Assembly: GCA_963803805.1 (NCBI GenBank)
Contig: CAWDOD010000010.1
Span: 480,001-544,000, forward strand
DNA length: 64,000 nt
Source of the DNA: an uncultured cyanobacterium
GTDB lineage: Bacteria; Cyanobacteriota; Cyanobacteriia; Cyanobacteriales; CAWCAG01
Direction of reading: 5' to 3'
This document shows positions 1-10,447 of the stretch, piece after piece. The notes beneath the pieces were generated by a model, which worked only from the letters and a program-made list of their open reading frames with translations, was not told the origin of the DNA and searched no databases. Position 1 is the stretch's first letter; every line of letters begins with the position of its first letter. The position numbers were made by a program, and so were the translations under genes.

Positions 1-31
1 ATAGGATTATTTGTCGGATTAATTATTAATT

Positions 32-772
32 ATGAAGCAATTATCAGAAATTATCGAAAATCAGCCCTATCCTTTATTATTCGTTACTATTAGCGGGGCG
101 CATTTATATGGCTTTCCTTCAGCAGATTCGGATTACGATTTACGGGGAGTCCATATTTTACCAGCAGCAGAAGTTGTTGGTTTATATAATGTTCATGAAA
201 CTATTGAATTATCTGAGATAAAAGAAGGCGTGGAAGTTGATTTAGTCACCCACGATCTTAAAAAGTTTTTTAGCTTATTATTGACCAGAAATGGCTATGT
301 TTTAGAGCAACTTTACTCTCCTTTGGTTTTACATACTACCCCTGCTCACAAAGAACTAAAAGCAATTGCTAATAGTTGTATTACTAGCTATCATTGCTAC
401 CATTATCTTGGTTTTGCTAAAACACAATGGCGATTATTTGAGAAAAAGCGACCCCAACAAGTTAAACCTTTACTTTATGTTTACCGTGTATTGTTAACAG
501 GTATTCATCTGATGCAAACAGGAAGAGTAGAAGCAAATCTGCTTACTTTAAACGAAAAATTCCAGTTACCTTATCTTACAGAACTTATTGAGAAAAAAGT
601 AACAGGGCAGGAGAAAGGTATTCTAAAAGAAACTGATTTAGTGTTCCATAGACAAGAATGTGAGCGCTTAAAAAACACTTTAAAAAAAGCTAGTGAGGAG
701 AGCCATTTACCTGAAAAGACTACTGCCAAAGAATTATTAAACGATTTACTCGTTAAGTTGAGGTTATCCTAG
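32..772 (+). CDS. Pol-beta superfamily nucleotidyltransferase (YcgL/RlaP-like, Nuc-transf)
   Basis: SGAHLYGF...DSDYDLRGVH motif (G-x-x-x-x-G...DxD); 246 aa. Confidence 0.85.
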   Translation: MKQLSEIIENQPYPLLFVTISGAHLYGFPSADSDYDLRGVHILPAAEVVGLYNVHETIELSEIKEGVEVDLVTHDLKKFFSLLLTRNGYVLEQLYSPLVLHTTPAHKELKAIANSCITSYHCYHYLGFAKTQWRLFEKKRPQQVKPLLYVYRVLLTGIHLMQTGRVEANLLTLNEKFQLPYLTELIEKKVTGQEKGILKETDLVFHRQECERLKNTLKKASEESHLPEKTTAKELLNDLLVKLRLS

Positions 773-1021
773 ATAATTAATCACATCAGAGTTTATCCAA
801 GTCTTTCTAATCTAAGAACCTATCCCACTATTTCAAAAAGGCGATTTACTTAAGTAAAATATGTCTTAAAAGTTTGATTTTTAGTTTTAATATGAAATCG
901 AAAAAATAACGCTACAGATAAATAAATCGCTTTTGTATCGCTCTTTTTTAGTCAATCCTTCTTTTAAGTTAATCTGTGGGTATTTTTTTACTAAGATAAG
1001 TTCAATCAAGAAACTTTTGAA

Positions 1022-1246
1022 CTAGCTACTTATATGATTCAAGTTCTCTAGTTTAGAAGGAGTTGCAGACATGATTCTTCTTCTACCAGTACCACCACGA
1101 CAGCCGCTGATTTTGACTCTGCAACTTCGGTAAGTAAAGCTATTATTTTCTGCTAAGCCAGTGGAATATGAGTTGTTATTTTGTGAAGCTATAGTTACTA
1201 TAACCAAAAATAAACTATTTATAAGTAAGCAATATTTAATCTGCAT
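1022..1246 (-). CDS. Small secreted peptide, PatX-like (variant RGGTGRR motif)
   Basis: 74 aa; hydrophobic N-terminal signal-like segment; CRVKISGCRGGTGRRR near the C-terminus. Confidence 0.55.
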   Translation of the reverse strand: MQIKYCLLINSLFLVIVTIASQNNNSYSTGLAENNSFTYRSCRVKISGCRGGTGRRRIMSATPSKLENLNHISS

Positions 1247-1491
1247 AAGCTAACTATTTATTAAACACCTAGTTACTTATACAGAAGTTTTTTCAAGAAA
1301 CAGGAAATCACATAATTACTACTTTTAAGAACTTTTTGCAAAAAATAACAAATAACAAATGTGCTGATTATGATCAACTTGAAACCTTGTTACATTTACA
1401 AAATGACATTATTCTGTGGCAAAACTGGTATTATATTTTCATACTAGTTAAAATAGGGCGCTGCTACCCAGGGTAAGGTGATAACTGAAAT

Positions 1492-3543
1492 ATGCTTTCC
1501 AATCTTGACCCCAAGGGTGAAATTTGGCAACTATGTCAACAAAGTAAAGTTGGCAAACTTTTACCCAATGCTTTATACGTCCATACTTCTGCTCTAAATT
1601 CCCTCACTCCCCAACTCCAAAATTATGAAAGCCGAGTTAGGCAAACTAACAAACGCTTAGCTGAAGCTACCTTAATTAAATTCAACTTTAATAAACCGAA
1701 AATTTCCTATCTCTTTTACCCAGATTTTGATGAAGATCCTCATCCATCTCTGCAAAGTAGTATTCAAGTAGATGTGCTGAGTTTAGAAACTAGTTATCGA
1801 GATTATAGTAGCTCAGAAAATCCTCCCATACTGCATCGCAAAGAAGCCTTTGTAACTGCCGACTATCCCCTTTACCAAAAATTCGCTCAACTTACTCTCA
1901 CTGAAGAAGCTTTAGGTTTATTAGATAAATCTCGCTTCATCGGTACTCAAAAGGAATGGCAACAACGCCTTGCTAACTATGGCGTAGAATTACAAGGGCA
2001 TTACCTTGCTTGTCCCTTACACAAAGCCCAAAAAACTCGCACCATCAGAATTGAACGCCACAAAGCAGCAATGGTGCGTAAGTCCCTTTCCCGTCCTGTC
2101 CGTTTAGCCCTAGAAGCAGATTTATTTCCCCCCGGTACAACTTTTTTTGACTATGGTTGCGGTTGGGGAGGAGATATAGAACGTATGGCAAAAAAAGGTT
2201 ATCATAGTTCCGGTTGGGACCCCTATTATTGCCCAGAAACAGCCTTAACAGCCGCCGATGTGGTTAACTTAGGCTATATTATTAACGTCATAGAAGACTT
2301 GGCAGAACGGCGAGAAGCCCTTGTTGAGGCTTGGAATTTAACTCAACAGGTCTTAATTGTAGCAGCACAAGTCTTAATTAGTAGCAGTAGTAGAGGACAA
2401 ATTGCCTACGGAGATGGTGTAATCACCAACCGCAATACCTTTCAAAAGTATTATGAACAAGAAGAGTTAAAAAGTTACATCGACCAAGTTCTAGACGTTG
2501 ATGCTATCCCTGTTGGGTTAGGAATCTACTTCGTTTTCCGCGACGGAACCCAAGCCCAAACTTTCCGTGCCTCCCGCTTCCGTTCTAGGGCTACCACTCC
2601 AAGGGTTTGCAAGCCTGTTAGACGTTTTGAAGATTACCAAGAATTGCTTGCTCCGTTGATGATCTTTATCACTGAACGAGGACGCTTGCCAGCCAAAGGA
2701 GAGTTAGCCGAAGAAGTTGCCCTTAAAGAAGAATTTGGTACTTTGCACCGTGCTTTTAAACTTATTTTACAAGCAACAGACCCCCAAGAGTGGGAAGCGA
2801 TCGCTGAAAAACGCCGTCAAGATTTGCGACTCTACTTAGCCCTAGCAAAATTAAATCAAACTCCTAAACTAAGGGAGTTTGCACCTAGAGTAAAAGAAGA
2901 TTTTAAAAGCTTATTCGGTAGCTATCGTCAAGCAACTTTTGAGGCGGAAGATATGTTATTTAGTCTTGGTGATCCCGAAGTTATTGCCGAGTGCTGTTTG
3001 CATAGTAAAATTGGACAGAAGGGGCGTAACTCTCTTATTGTACATATTAGTGCTTTAGAAAACCTTGATCCGTTGCTACGACTTTATGAAGGTTGTGCCA
3101 GCCGTACCATTGGCAGAATGGAAGAAGTAACCTTGATTAAGTTTCACATCCGCAAACCCAAAATTTCTTATCTCTTCTACCCCGACTTTGACACAGAACC
3201 CCATCCCCTTCTCCATACTAGTATGCAAATAGACTTGCAAGACTTACACGTTAGTTATTGGGAACATGACCCTGAGAATCCTCCTGTTTTACACCGAAAA
3301 GAAACCTTAGTTACAACAGATTATCCCTTCTATGAAAAATTTGCCCGTCTCAGCCGCCAAGAGCAAGACTGGGGCCTATTAGATGAGCCTAATAACATTA
3401 GATACCTCCAAGGCTGGTTAAAATACCTCGAAAACCATTGTGCCACTTTTAAAGGTCATTTTCTGGTATGGCGTAAGGATGCTGACCCTTATAAAGTTAA
3501 GTTACTCAAAGCTGCAGTTCAAGCCCGTAGGAGGGGAAGATAG
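1492..3543 (+). CDS. DNA phosphorothioation-associated putative methyltransferase
   Basis: SAM motif FDYGCGWGGD, GWDPYY, ADVVNLGYIINVIED; duplicated KISYLFYPDFD...NPP.LHRKE domain at both ends. Confidence 0.85.
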   Translation: MLSNLDPKGEIWQLCQQSKVGKLLPNALYVHTSALNSLTPQLQNYESRVRQTNKRLAEATLIKFNFNKPKISYLFYPDFDEDPHPSLQSSIQVDVLSLETSYRDYSSSENPPILHRKEAFVTADYPLYQKFAQLTLTEEALGLLDKSRFIGTQKEWQQRLANYGVELQGHYLACPLHKAQKTRTIRIERHKAAMVRKSLSRPVRLALEADLFPPGTTFFDYGCGWGGDIERMAKKGYHSSGWDPYYCPETALTAADVVNLGYIINVIEDLAERREALVEAWNLTQQVLIVAAQVLISSSSRGQIAYGDGVITNRNTFQKYYEQEELKSYIDQVLDVDAIPVGLGIYFVFRDGTQAQTFRASRFRSRATTPRVCKPVRRFEDYQELLAPLMIFITERGRLPAKGELAEEVALKEEFGTLHRAFKLILQATDPQEWEAIAEKRRQDLRLYLALAKLNQTPKLREFAPRVKEDFKSLFGSYRQATFEAEDMLFSLGDPEVIAECCLHSKIGQKGRNSLIVHISALENLDPLLRLYEGCASRTIGRMEEVTLIKFHIRKPKISYLFYPDFDTEPHPLLHTSMQIDLQDLHVSYWEHDPENPPVLHRKETLVTTDYPFYEKFARLSRQEQDWGLLDEPNNIRYLQGWLKYLENHCATFKGHFLVWRKDADPYKVKLLKAAVQARRRGR

Positions 3544-4032
3544 GAAAATGGGGAAAAGATTGAATCTTAATACTAATTTTCTGAAACTTCTATCTATCCC
3601 AAGAGTTACTTGGTTTGGGCTTTAACGGGAAAAGAACTAAGGTAATGATGATGACGTGAAAGGATGATGTAATCAACAGTTGTCAATAGTTATTTGACGT
3701 ATTTCTACTTAGTTTGGTTATAATAGATTGGAAATATAGAATATTTAGCTTCCTTAATTAAAAACTGGTTACTTGAATTTCAAAACTGCTAGTAACCAGG
3801 TTAACTTAAATTCGTTAGAGGGAAACATTAGGGTGATCTTACTATCAATAACCAAAAAAATCGCAGTTATTTTGGAGCTTAAAGACTACCAAGATCGAGA
3901 ACAGGGTTGAACTATTGCTCCTGATGTCCGAAATAAAGAAATATATTAACAAACGTCCTATTTGTGAGTACCAATGGCTATAAAGCCTTTAATAGTTCAA
4001 GTCAACTGTTATCAAAGCTAGAGGTTTATGAT

Positions 4033-4485
4033 GTGATTGCTATCTCTATACTTCCCACCAGACAAGAATGGTCTAAAATGAGTTTTGCTTCTACCCTCTA
4101 TCTTTGTCCGATTCTGGATTTACTTCTAGCCAAAGTACCTAGTGAATTGCAAGCAGAATTAAGGCTAGGACTACAAGAAGCACTGGTTAATGCTGCCAAG
4201 CACGGTAATAAGCTTGATCCTAGTAAGACTGTTGCCGTAGAATTTTCCATCTTGAAAGATAGTTATTTTTGGATTATTTCTGATGAAGGTTCTGGTTTTG
4301 CTCCTAGTTGCGAGTGCAACATTCATCCGGAAGAATACTTACCACCAGAAGAGTCGGAAAGCGGTAGGGGACTGTGTATCCTCAACCTGATTTTTGATGA
4401 GGTTCGTTGGAATTCTCAAGGAACCCAATTGATGCTTTTTAAGCGGATCACGAAGACTAAGGCAAGTGCTACTTTAGTAACCTGA
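4033..4485 (+). CDS. pmgA: RsbW-like anti-sigma factor/ATP-binding protein PmgA
   Basis: SFASTLYLCPILDLLL, LQEALVNAAKHGN, DEGSGF, ESGRGL. GTG start at 4033 after GAGG preferred over the ORF-track start 3964. Confidence 0.85.
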   Translation: MIAISILPTRQEWSKMSFASTLYLCPILDLLLAKVPSELQAELRLGLQEALVNAAKHGNKLDPSKTVAVEFSILKDSYFWIISDEGSGFAPSCECNIHPEEYLPPEESESGRGLCILNLIFDEVRWNSQGTQLMLFKRITKTKASATLVT

Positions 4486-4497
4486 ATTCACTTAATC

Positions 4498-4785
4498 TTA
4501 GTTTTTCTTAGCTCCATGAGTAGGGCAAGGAGGAGCAGAAATAGAACGGTCTAACCACCCTACGGCTTGCTTAAATCTCAATAGTGCCTCTTGGGAGTTA
4601 TCTCTTAATAAAAAGACTAAAGCTGCCGCAGCTTGCTGACTAGCTTGTGCTGGGCGATTGGCTTTAAGACGATGCCAATCATTGGGCTTAATGCTTAAAC
4701 GTTCTGCAAGGGCTTGTGCTAACTCTAGAGTACTTATTTCATCAAGAGTTGCTTTGGAGTGCGATCGCTGGGTTAGGTGAGACAT
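4498..4785 (-). CDS. Conserved cyanobacterial protein (DUF6439-like)
   Basis: DWHRLKANR...GWLDRSISAPPCPTHG. Confidence 0.75.
   Translation of the reverse strand: MSHLTQRSHSKATLDEISTLELAQALAERLSIKPNDWHRLKANRPAQASQQAAAALVFLLRDNSQEALLRFKQAVGWLDRSISAPPCPTHGAKKN
4761..4768. repeat. HIP1 octamer GCGATCGC (example; many copies across the window)
   Basis: Also at 5829, 11960, 14705, 58201 and elsewhere; cyanobacterial hallmark. Confidence 0.95.
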
Positions 4786-4847
4786 AGATTTTTATAATAA
4801 AAATATTAAAGCTAGGATTTCAACTAAATATTAGTCTATCGCAGCAG

Positions 4848-5213
4848 ATGAATCCACCTAAAAAGCCAAGACTCTCGGAAAATGGTGATCCAGAAATAGA
4901 GAAAGCTCTAGTAGAGGTTGAAGAATTGTTTATAGCTGTTAAGGAGCGCTATAGCCAAGTAACTCGTTCGCAAAATAGGAAAACTCAGCTTCAGCAAGAA
5001 CAAAAGCAACTCAACAAGCAAAAAAGTAACTCTAGTAATTCTCAGCAAATCAAAGCAGAATTACGACAAATTCAACAGGAGTTAGAAACCATTGAACTTA
5101 ACTTAGAGAGTCGTTTGTTTAGCTGGGATAGCTTCAAAGAACCTTTTTGGCAAGCAGTTAGGTTTGGAGGCTTAGGAATCGTCTGTGGTTGGATTTTAAA
5201 GTCTTGTACTTGA
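4848..5213 (+). CDS. Coiled-coil protein with C-terminal membrane anchor
   Basis: Q/E/K-rich heptads followed by FWQAVRFGGLGIVCGWIL. Confidence 0.75.
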   Translation: MNPPKKPRLSENGDPEIEKALVEVEELFIAVKERYSQVTRSQNRKTQLQQEQKQLNKQKSNSSNSQQIKAELRQIQQELETIELNLESRLFSWDSFKEPFWQAVRFGGLGIVCGWILKSCT

Positions 5214-5215
5214 GG

Positions 5216-6355
5216 CTAACTAACTATTAAAGGCATTGTTAAAGTTAAAGTCGTCCCTTGACCAGTTTTACTCTCAACTTTAATTGTACCTTTGTGAAGA
5301 TCAACAAATTGCTTAACAATTGCTAAGCCTAAACCGCTACCTTTCACTTTCCCTACATTTTTAGCTCGACGAAATGGCTCGAAAAGATGTTCTAAGTCTT
5401 CTTGGGGAATACCAATACCTTGATCTTTGATGATAAAAATAGCTGTTTGATTTTGACAAGTAAGTATGAATTCAATAGCTTCTTCATTAGGAGAATATTT
5501 GATTGCATTAGAAAGCAAATTCATTAAAATGTGCCGTAAACCATGAATATCCATTTGTCCTGAGATGCTTTTTCTTTCCTTAATAAGGAGAATTTGGCAC
5601 TGAGAAATAGTTTGAAATTCGTCTACTAAGTCTTGGCAAAATGCCACAATTTCTACTGGAACTGGGTTGAAAGGTAATTGAGCTAATTGAGATTTACCTA
5701 AAATAGATAGATCCTCTAGGATCTGCTTCATGCAATCTACACTTGTTTGGATACGATGAAAATATTTTTCACCTTTTTGCTCAAAACTACCTTTCTGGCT
5801 ATATAAATTGAGTAATTCCGCAGAACCAGCGATCGCCGTGAGGGGAGTTCTGAGATCGTGGGCAGCCATAGAAAGAAAGCGAGTTTTGAGATTATTAAGT
5901 TCCTTTTCTTCTAAAAGTGTTGCTTCTCTGGTTTGATCGGCACTGTGCTTAGCTAGAGCCATCTCTATGGTAGTTTTAGTATCTTGAGGTTTAAAAGGTT
6001 TAACTAAGTAACCATAAGGCCCTGTTTTTTTTGCTCTGTCTAAAGTAGAATCATCAGCATGGGCTGTCATATAAATAATGGGAATGTGAAGTTGAGAGTT
6101 AATAATTTGAGCAGTTTCAATACCATCTAAGTCTCCTTGAAGAGTGATATCCATTAAAACTAAGTTAGGGTGAGTTTCTGTTGCTTTTTGAATAGCTAAC
6201 TTCCCAGAACTAGCAACTCCCATTACCTCATAGCCTTGTTTTTCTAGGCTACGAGTCAGATTTTTAGCAACAATCAACTCATCTTCTACAACCAAAATTT
6301 TGGCTGGGGAGATATGTTGGCTTTCCTGATTCATCTGCTTATTTACTGTCAGCAT
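5216..6355 (-). CDS. Hybrid response regulator/histidine kinase (REC-HisKA-HATPase)
   Basis: ILVVEDE, LVLMDI, AHDLRTPL, NLLSNAIKYS, DQGIGI, GSGLGL. Confidence 0.92.
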   Translation of the reverse strand: MLTVNKQMNQESQHISPAKILVVEDELIVAKNLTRSLEKQGYEVMGVASSGKLAIQKATETHPNLVLMDITLQGDLDGIETAQIINSQLHIPIIYMTAHADDSTLDRAKKTGPYGYLVKPFKPQDTKTTIEMALAKHSADQTREATLLEEKELNNLKTRFLSMAAHDLRTPLTAIAGSAELLNLYSQKGSFEQKGEKYFHRIQTSVDCMKQILEDLSILGKSQLAQLPFNPVPVEIVAFCQDLVDEFQTISQCQILLIKERKSISGQMDIHGLRHILMNLLSNAIKYSPNEEAIEFILTCQNQTAIFIIKDQGIGIPQEDLEHLFEPFRRAKNVGKVKGSGLGLAIVKQFVDLHKGTIKVESKTGQGTTLTLTMPLIVS

Positions 6356-6453
6356 AAGAATAGTTTTAACGATTTTTATTTTGACTTTCTTGATCTAGTT
6401 ACTTCTAAGATCCTAGAAAGGCGTTCAAGATCGCGCATATTTTAATGTATAAG

Positions 6454-8754
6454 TTAAAATCTAGCTTTGTAGTTGAGTTGAAAAAATCTGAAAGTAAAAG
6501 AAGTACCATTTTTACTGTCAAGAATTATTTCAGAATGTAACTGTTCGGCTAGCGTATGTACTAGTTCTAAACCTAAAGAATTAGAATTTCGCCAATCAAC
6601 ACTGGGGGGAATGCCAACACCATCATCCCAAACTACTAAACAAATTTTTTTGTCGGCATCTTGCTGAAGTTTGATATGAATTTCGCCGCTACGTCCATAG
6701 GGAAAAGCGTGTTTAAAACAATTAGTAACTAGTTCGTTAATTAATAAACCACAGGGAATTGCCGTTTCTAAGTTGAGAATAACAGGCTCTACTTCCATAA
6801 CTAGGGAAATAATACTTAAATCACAGTTATAGGAAATAGCTAAGTTGTCCATTAGCCTATGTATATAATCTTCTAGATTAATTTGTCTCAAATCTTCAGA
6901 CTGATAAAGCTGTTCGTGAACTAAAGCCATAGTTTCAATACGACTTTGACTATCAGCAAAAACACTAGAAAAACGTTCGTCTTCAAGATAGTCAGATTGT
7001 AATTCTAGTAAGCTAGAAATTATATGTAAGTTATTTTTAACTCTGTGGTGAATTTCTTTAAGGAGAATTTCCTTTTCTCGCAGGGAGGTTTTAATTTTCT
7101 CTTTTGCCTCTTTGCGATCGCTAATATCTTCAATTATGCCGACTGCATAGTGGGGTGTACCGTTGGGAAGATAGACTAAAGAAGCCGTTGAACTCGTCCA
7201 AACCGGGCTGCCATTTTTGCATACATAACGTTGCTCTCTAAAAAAAGTAGAAACTTCCCCTGCTAATAATTGGGTAAATAACTGATAAGAATTTTCCCAA
7301 TCATCGGGAGGGGTAATATTCTCAATACTCTTGGTAAGAAGTTCACTTCGAGAATAACCAATAATTTGGCAAAACTTTGGATTAACATTAAGAAAGTTTC
7401 CTTGTAAGTCAGTCTGGATAATTCCTATAGCCGCTTGATTAAAGGTCACTTTAAATCTATCTTCACTGTGGCGTAAAGCTTCTTCAACTTGTAAGCGATA
7501 GCTAATTTCTTTGTGGAGTTTTTGGTTTATTTCTACTAAAGATTGAGTGCGTTCTTTGACTAGCTGTTGAAGATTATCACGATATTTTTGCAATTCTGTT
7601 TCGGTTTGGTAATTTTTAAGGGCGATAGAAATGTACTTCGCAGCATCTTTTAAAGTAGAAATTTCATAATAACTCCAGTTTCTCGGTTCTGAAGTACAAA
7701 AGTAGATTAAACCAACAAATTTTTTACTGTCATGAAGGGGGGCAACTAGCCAGCTTCTAATTTGATGGGTAGAAAGTTGAGGTAAAAGAGGGAGCAGTTG
7801 TGATTCTTTGCTTGTATCGTTAGCTATGATCATGGCTCCTTTGAAGAGATTTTTTAGGCAATTTGGAACAACATCAAGCTCTAATTTTCTCCCTATTAAA
7901 TTATCATTACTTCCATAATGACTATAATGGTATTTGACCTCTAATTCCCCTCTACCATGACTTACTCCGTAAGCCATACTAATATCTGAATAATATTTAC
8001 CCAGTCTTTGAAAGGTTTCTGCTAAGATTTTTTCAATTGATAAATTGTCAATAATACCAGTGGATATTCTATTAATAGTAGTTAAAGATAATTGACTCTC
8101 AATAAGATTTTCTTGAATTTGCTTTCTTTGGGTAAGCTCTTTTAAAAGCTTTTCATTAGTTTCAATTAGTTTTGCACTACGTTCAGTTGCTCTTTGTTCT
8201 AGTTGAAGATTGATTTTTTGTAATTCTGCTTTATTAAGTTTATTTGCTTGTGCTAAAGCAATGGCGTTAGCAGATGAATGTAACCAAGTAATTTCTATAG
8301 GTTCCCACAACTTAGCTTCTAGACAGTTCTCAAAACCAATAATTCCCCAAAATTTGTCATTAATCATTAAAGGAAAGATTAAAATTGATAAAACATCTCT
8401 AGCTACAAAAAAATCCTTTTCCAATTCTGGTAAATCGTCAACGACTTCGTGGAGATATTGACCTTGAGCAAAAAAAGCAACTCTATTAGCTAGTATTTCT
8501 TGGTAAGATGTTGGAGCAATAGAATCTTTTCTAAGAGGAGCAATTTCTGAAGCGCAGTATTCTACTTGATAACGAGTTGCTGAACTTTCTTTATTTAGGT
8601 TACTTTCCAAAATATAGACTCGACTAGCTCTCGCTGCTTTTCCTAAAGTAGAGATAACTTGTTTATAACTATGAGAATCTTCTAAAGAAGCCAGTAACTC
8701 AAATTGCACCTTAGTCAAGGCACTCAGGTAGCGATTCTCGTAAAATAACCTCAT
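6454..8754 (-). CDS. GAF-GAF-PAS sensor histidine kinase (HisKA_2 type)
   Basis: EIHHRVKNNL H-box, NELVTNCFKHAF, DDGVGIP, SLGLELV; PAS and two GAF-like regions. Confidence 0.92.
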   Translation of the reverse strand: MRLFYENRYLSALTKVQFELLASLEDSHSYKQVISTLGKAARASRVYILESNLNKESSATRYQVEYCASEIAPLRKDSIAPTSYQEILANRVAFFAQGQYLHEVVDDLPELEKDFFVARDVLSILIFPLMINDKFWGIIGFENCLEAKLWEPIEITWLHSSANAIALAQANKLNKAELQKINLQLEQRATERSAKLIETNEKLLKELTQRKQIQENLIESQLSLTTINRISTGIIDNLSIEKILAETFQRLGKYYSDISMAYGVSHGRGELEVKYHYSHYGSNDNLIGRKLELDVVPNCLKNLFKGAMIIANDTSKESQLLPLLPQLSTHQIRSWLVAPLHDSKKFVGLIYFCTSEPRNWSYYEISTLKDAAKYISIALKNYQTETELQKYRDNLQQLVKERTQSLVEINQKLHKEISYRLQVEEALRHSEDRFKVTFNQAAIGIIQTDLQGNFLNVNPKFCQIIGYSRSELLTKSIENITPPDDWENSYQLFTQLLAGEVSTFFREQRYVCKNGSPVWTSSTASLVYLPNGTPHYAVGIIEDISDRKEAKEKIKTSLREKEILLKEIHHRVKNNLHIISSLLELQSDYLEDERFSSVFADSQSRIETMALVHEQLYQSEDLRQINLEDYIHRLMDNLAISYNCDLSIISLVMEVEPVILNLETAIPCGLLINELVTNCFKHAFPYGRSGEIHIKLQQDADKKICLVVWDDGVGIPPSVDWRNSNSLGLELVHTLAEQLHSEIILDSKNGTSFTFRFFQLNYKARF

Positions 8755-9016
8755 TATTTCTTTCCTTTGTTTTGCTTAAGCTGGCGAAAAGAAAAACTAC
8801 AATAAGGGTAAGCAAAAGCCACAAAAAAGAGTTTGAAGATATGGGACGAGTAGTTAATAAATAATTGACCGCAAGATGATGAGGGTTTTCAAGGTATTGA
8901 AGCAGCATTCAAAATAAGTTCGCGAAATATTCAAGGTTTCCTTTTTTACTTTCGCAGATGAATGTATGCGTTCCTATGTATATTTATATAGTAAAATTCA
9001 AGCCCAGAAAGAAATA

Positions 9017-9038
9017 GAGACGTTAAAGCTAACGTCTC
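9017..9038 (-). terminator. Probable intrinsic terminator of the site-2 protease gene
   Basis: GAGACGTTA-aagc-TAACGTCTC 9-bp hairpin followed by a T-rich run on the minus strand. Confidence 0.55.
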
Positions 9039-9069
9039 CAAATAAATTGTTTCACTTAGTATTTAAGCT

Positions 9070-10191
9070 TTAAGTAGGATTAGTTTGTGCTTGCTTTTGT
9101 AATAAGTTCGTAATGGAGGATTTTTCCAGTAAGCCTACCACTGTACCATTTTCACTGATAACTGGTAGCTGTTGAACTTCTTTTTGTTCTAGTAACTGGA
9201 CAACTTCTAAAAGGGATTGTCTGGCATTAACCGTCATTGTTTCAGCCGTTGATTTCATCACTTCTCGGATAGAAGTTTCTGGCCACAAAGAAGTAGAAAC
9301 TAGCTTCATATCATCAACAGCAATTGTACCAATTAGTTGTTCTGCTTCGTTAGTTACTAAGAACTTGCGCCATTTACCATTACCAATTACATAGTTGTTA
9401 GCAAATTCTCGTAAATTCAAATCAGCAGAAATAACCGGACTATTGGGAATTACTGCATCTGCGGCAGTTAAATTGTTGAGTTTGTCCTGAAGGTTAGCTG
9501 ACTGAGCAGAAAATCCGGCATTTTGTAGTAAAAAGAAACCGATTAATAGAGTCCAAAAACTTCCTATAGGGCTAATTCCTAAAATAGCTAACCCCCCGAC
9601 AATTACTGCTAGCCAACCGAAAAATTGACCAACTCTACTAGCAAAAACCACACCTTTATAAGGATTTCCGGTAATCTTCCAAACGAGGGCTTTAAGAATG
9701 TTACCACCGTCTAAAGGTAAACCTGGGAGCAGGTTGAATAAAGCTAAAACTAAATTAATAGAAGCTAGCAGATTAATGATTACGGCTAAAGGTCCGGAAA
9801 CGCTCGTGGTGAGAGCTAATACAGTAAATAAGCCAAAGAGTAATAAACTAACTAAAGGCCCGGCGATCGCGACGAGAAAGGCTTCTCCAGGAGTTTTTGA
9901 TTCCCTTTCTAAAGAGGCTAAACCCCCAAAAATAAACAGGGTTATAGATTTGACACTAATTCCTTGTTGAATAGCTGCTACACTATGTCCTAATTCATGG
10001 GCTAACACTGAAGCAAATAATAATAAAGCTGTGATTAATCCTAAAATCCAAGGTACTAATCCTGACAATTGAGGAAACCCAGTTAGCTGCCCTCCAAAAG
10101 ATAAAGTAACTAACCCCAGAACTAAAAACCAGGAAGGATTAATAAAGAAAGGAATACCAAATAAACTACCAACACGAATATTATTGTTCAT
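9070..10191 (-). CDS. Site-2 protease (peptidase M50) with CBS domains
   Basis: HELGH, AGP, NLLPGLPLDGG; C-terminal CBS pair. Confidence 0.93.
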   Translation of the reverse strand: MNNNIRVGSLFGIPFFINPSWFLVLGLVTLSFGGQLTGFPQLSGLVPWILGLITALLLFASVLAHELGHSVAAIQQGISVKSITLFIFGGLASLERESKTPGEAFLVAIAGPLVSLLLFGLFTVLALTTSVSGPLAVIINLLASINLVLALFNLLPGLPLDGGNILKALVWKITGNPYKGVVFASRVGQFFGWLAVIVGGLAILGISPIGSFWTLLIGFFLLQNAGFSAQSANLQDKLNNLTAADAVIPNSPVISADLNLREFANNYVIGNGKWRKFLVTNEAEQLIGTIAVDDMKLVSTSLWPETSIREVMKSTAETMTVNARQSLLEVVQLLEQKEVQQLPVISENGTVVGLLEKSSITNLLQKQAQTNPT

Positions 10192-10447
10192 AAATAATGA
10201 CCTTTTTTCTTAAGCAAGAAGAGGTTTATCTCTCCATGAAAATATTGTAACGAAGTGTAAAAATAACCACCACGCAAAGATTACCGTAAATGCCGCCCTT
10301 TCAAGTTCGGTTATGAAGACAAGTTTAGGATCTGCCATTACCCTAATAAGTTAGGCATAATATAACTAAGAATTCTTAGACCATTTTCTTTAGTAAATGC
10401 TGCTTCACCCCAGCGACGCTTACCTGTAACCTAAACCCAGTAATCGC

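Noticed and set aside
3763-3802. CTGGTTACT/AGTAACCAG stem upstream of pmgA as an ncRNA
   Set aside because: A single 9-bp stem with no recognisable RNA family; insufficient evidence
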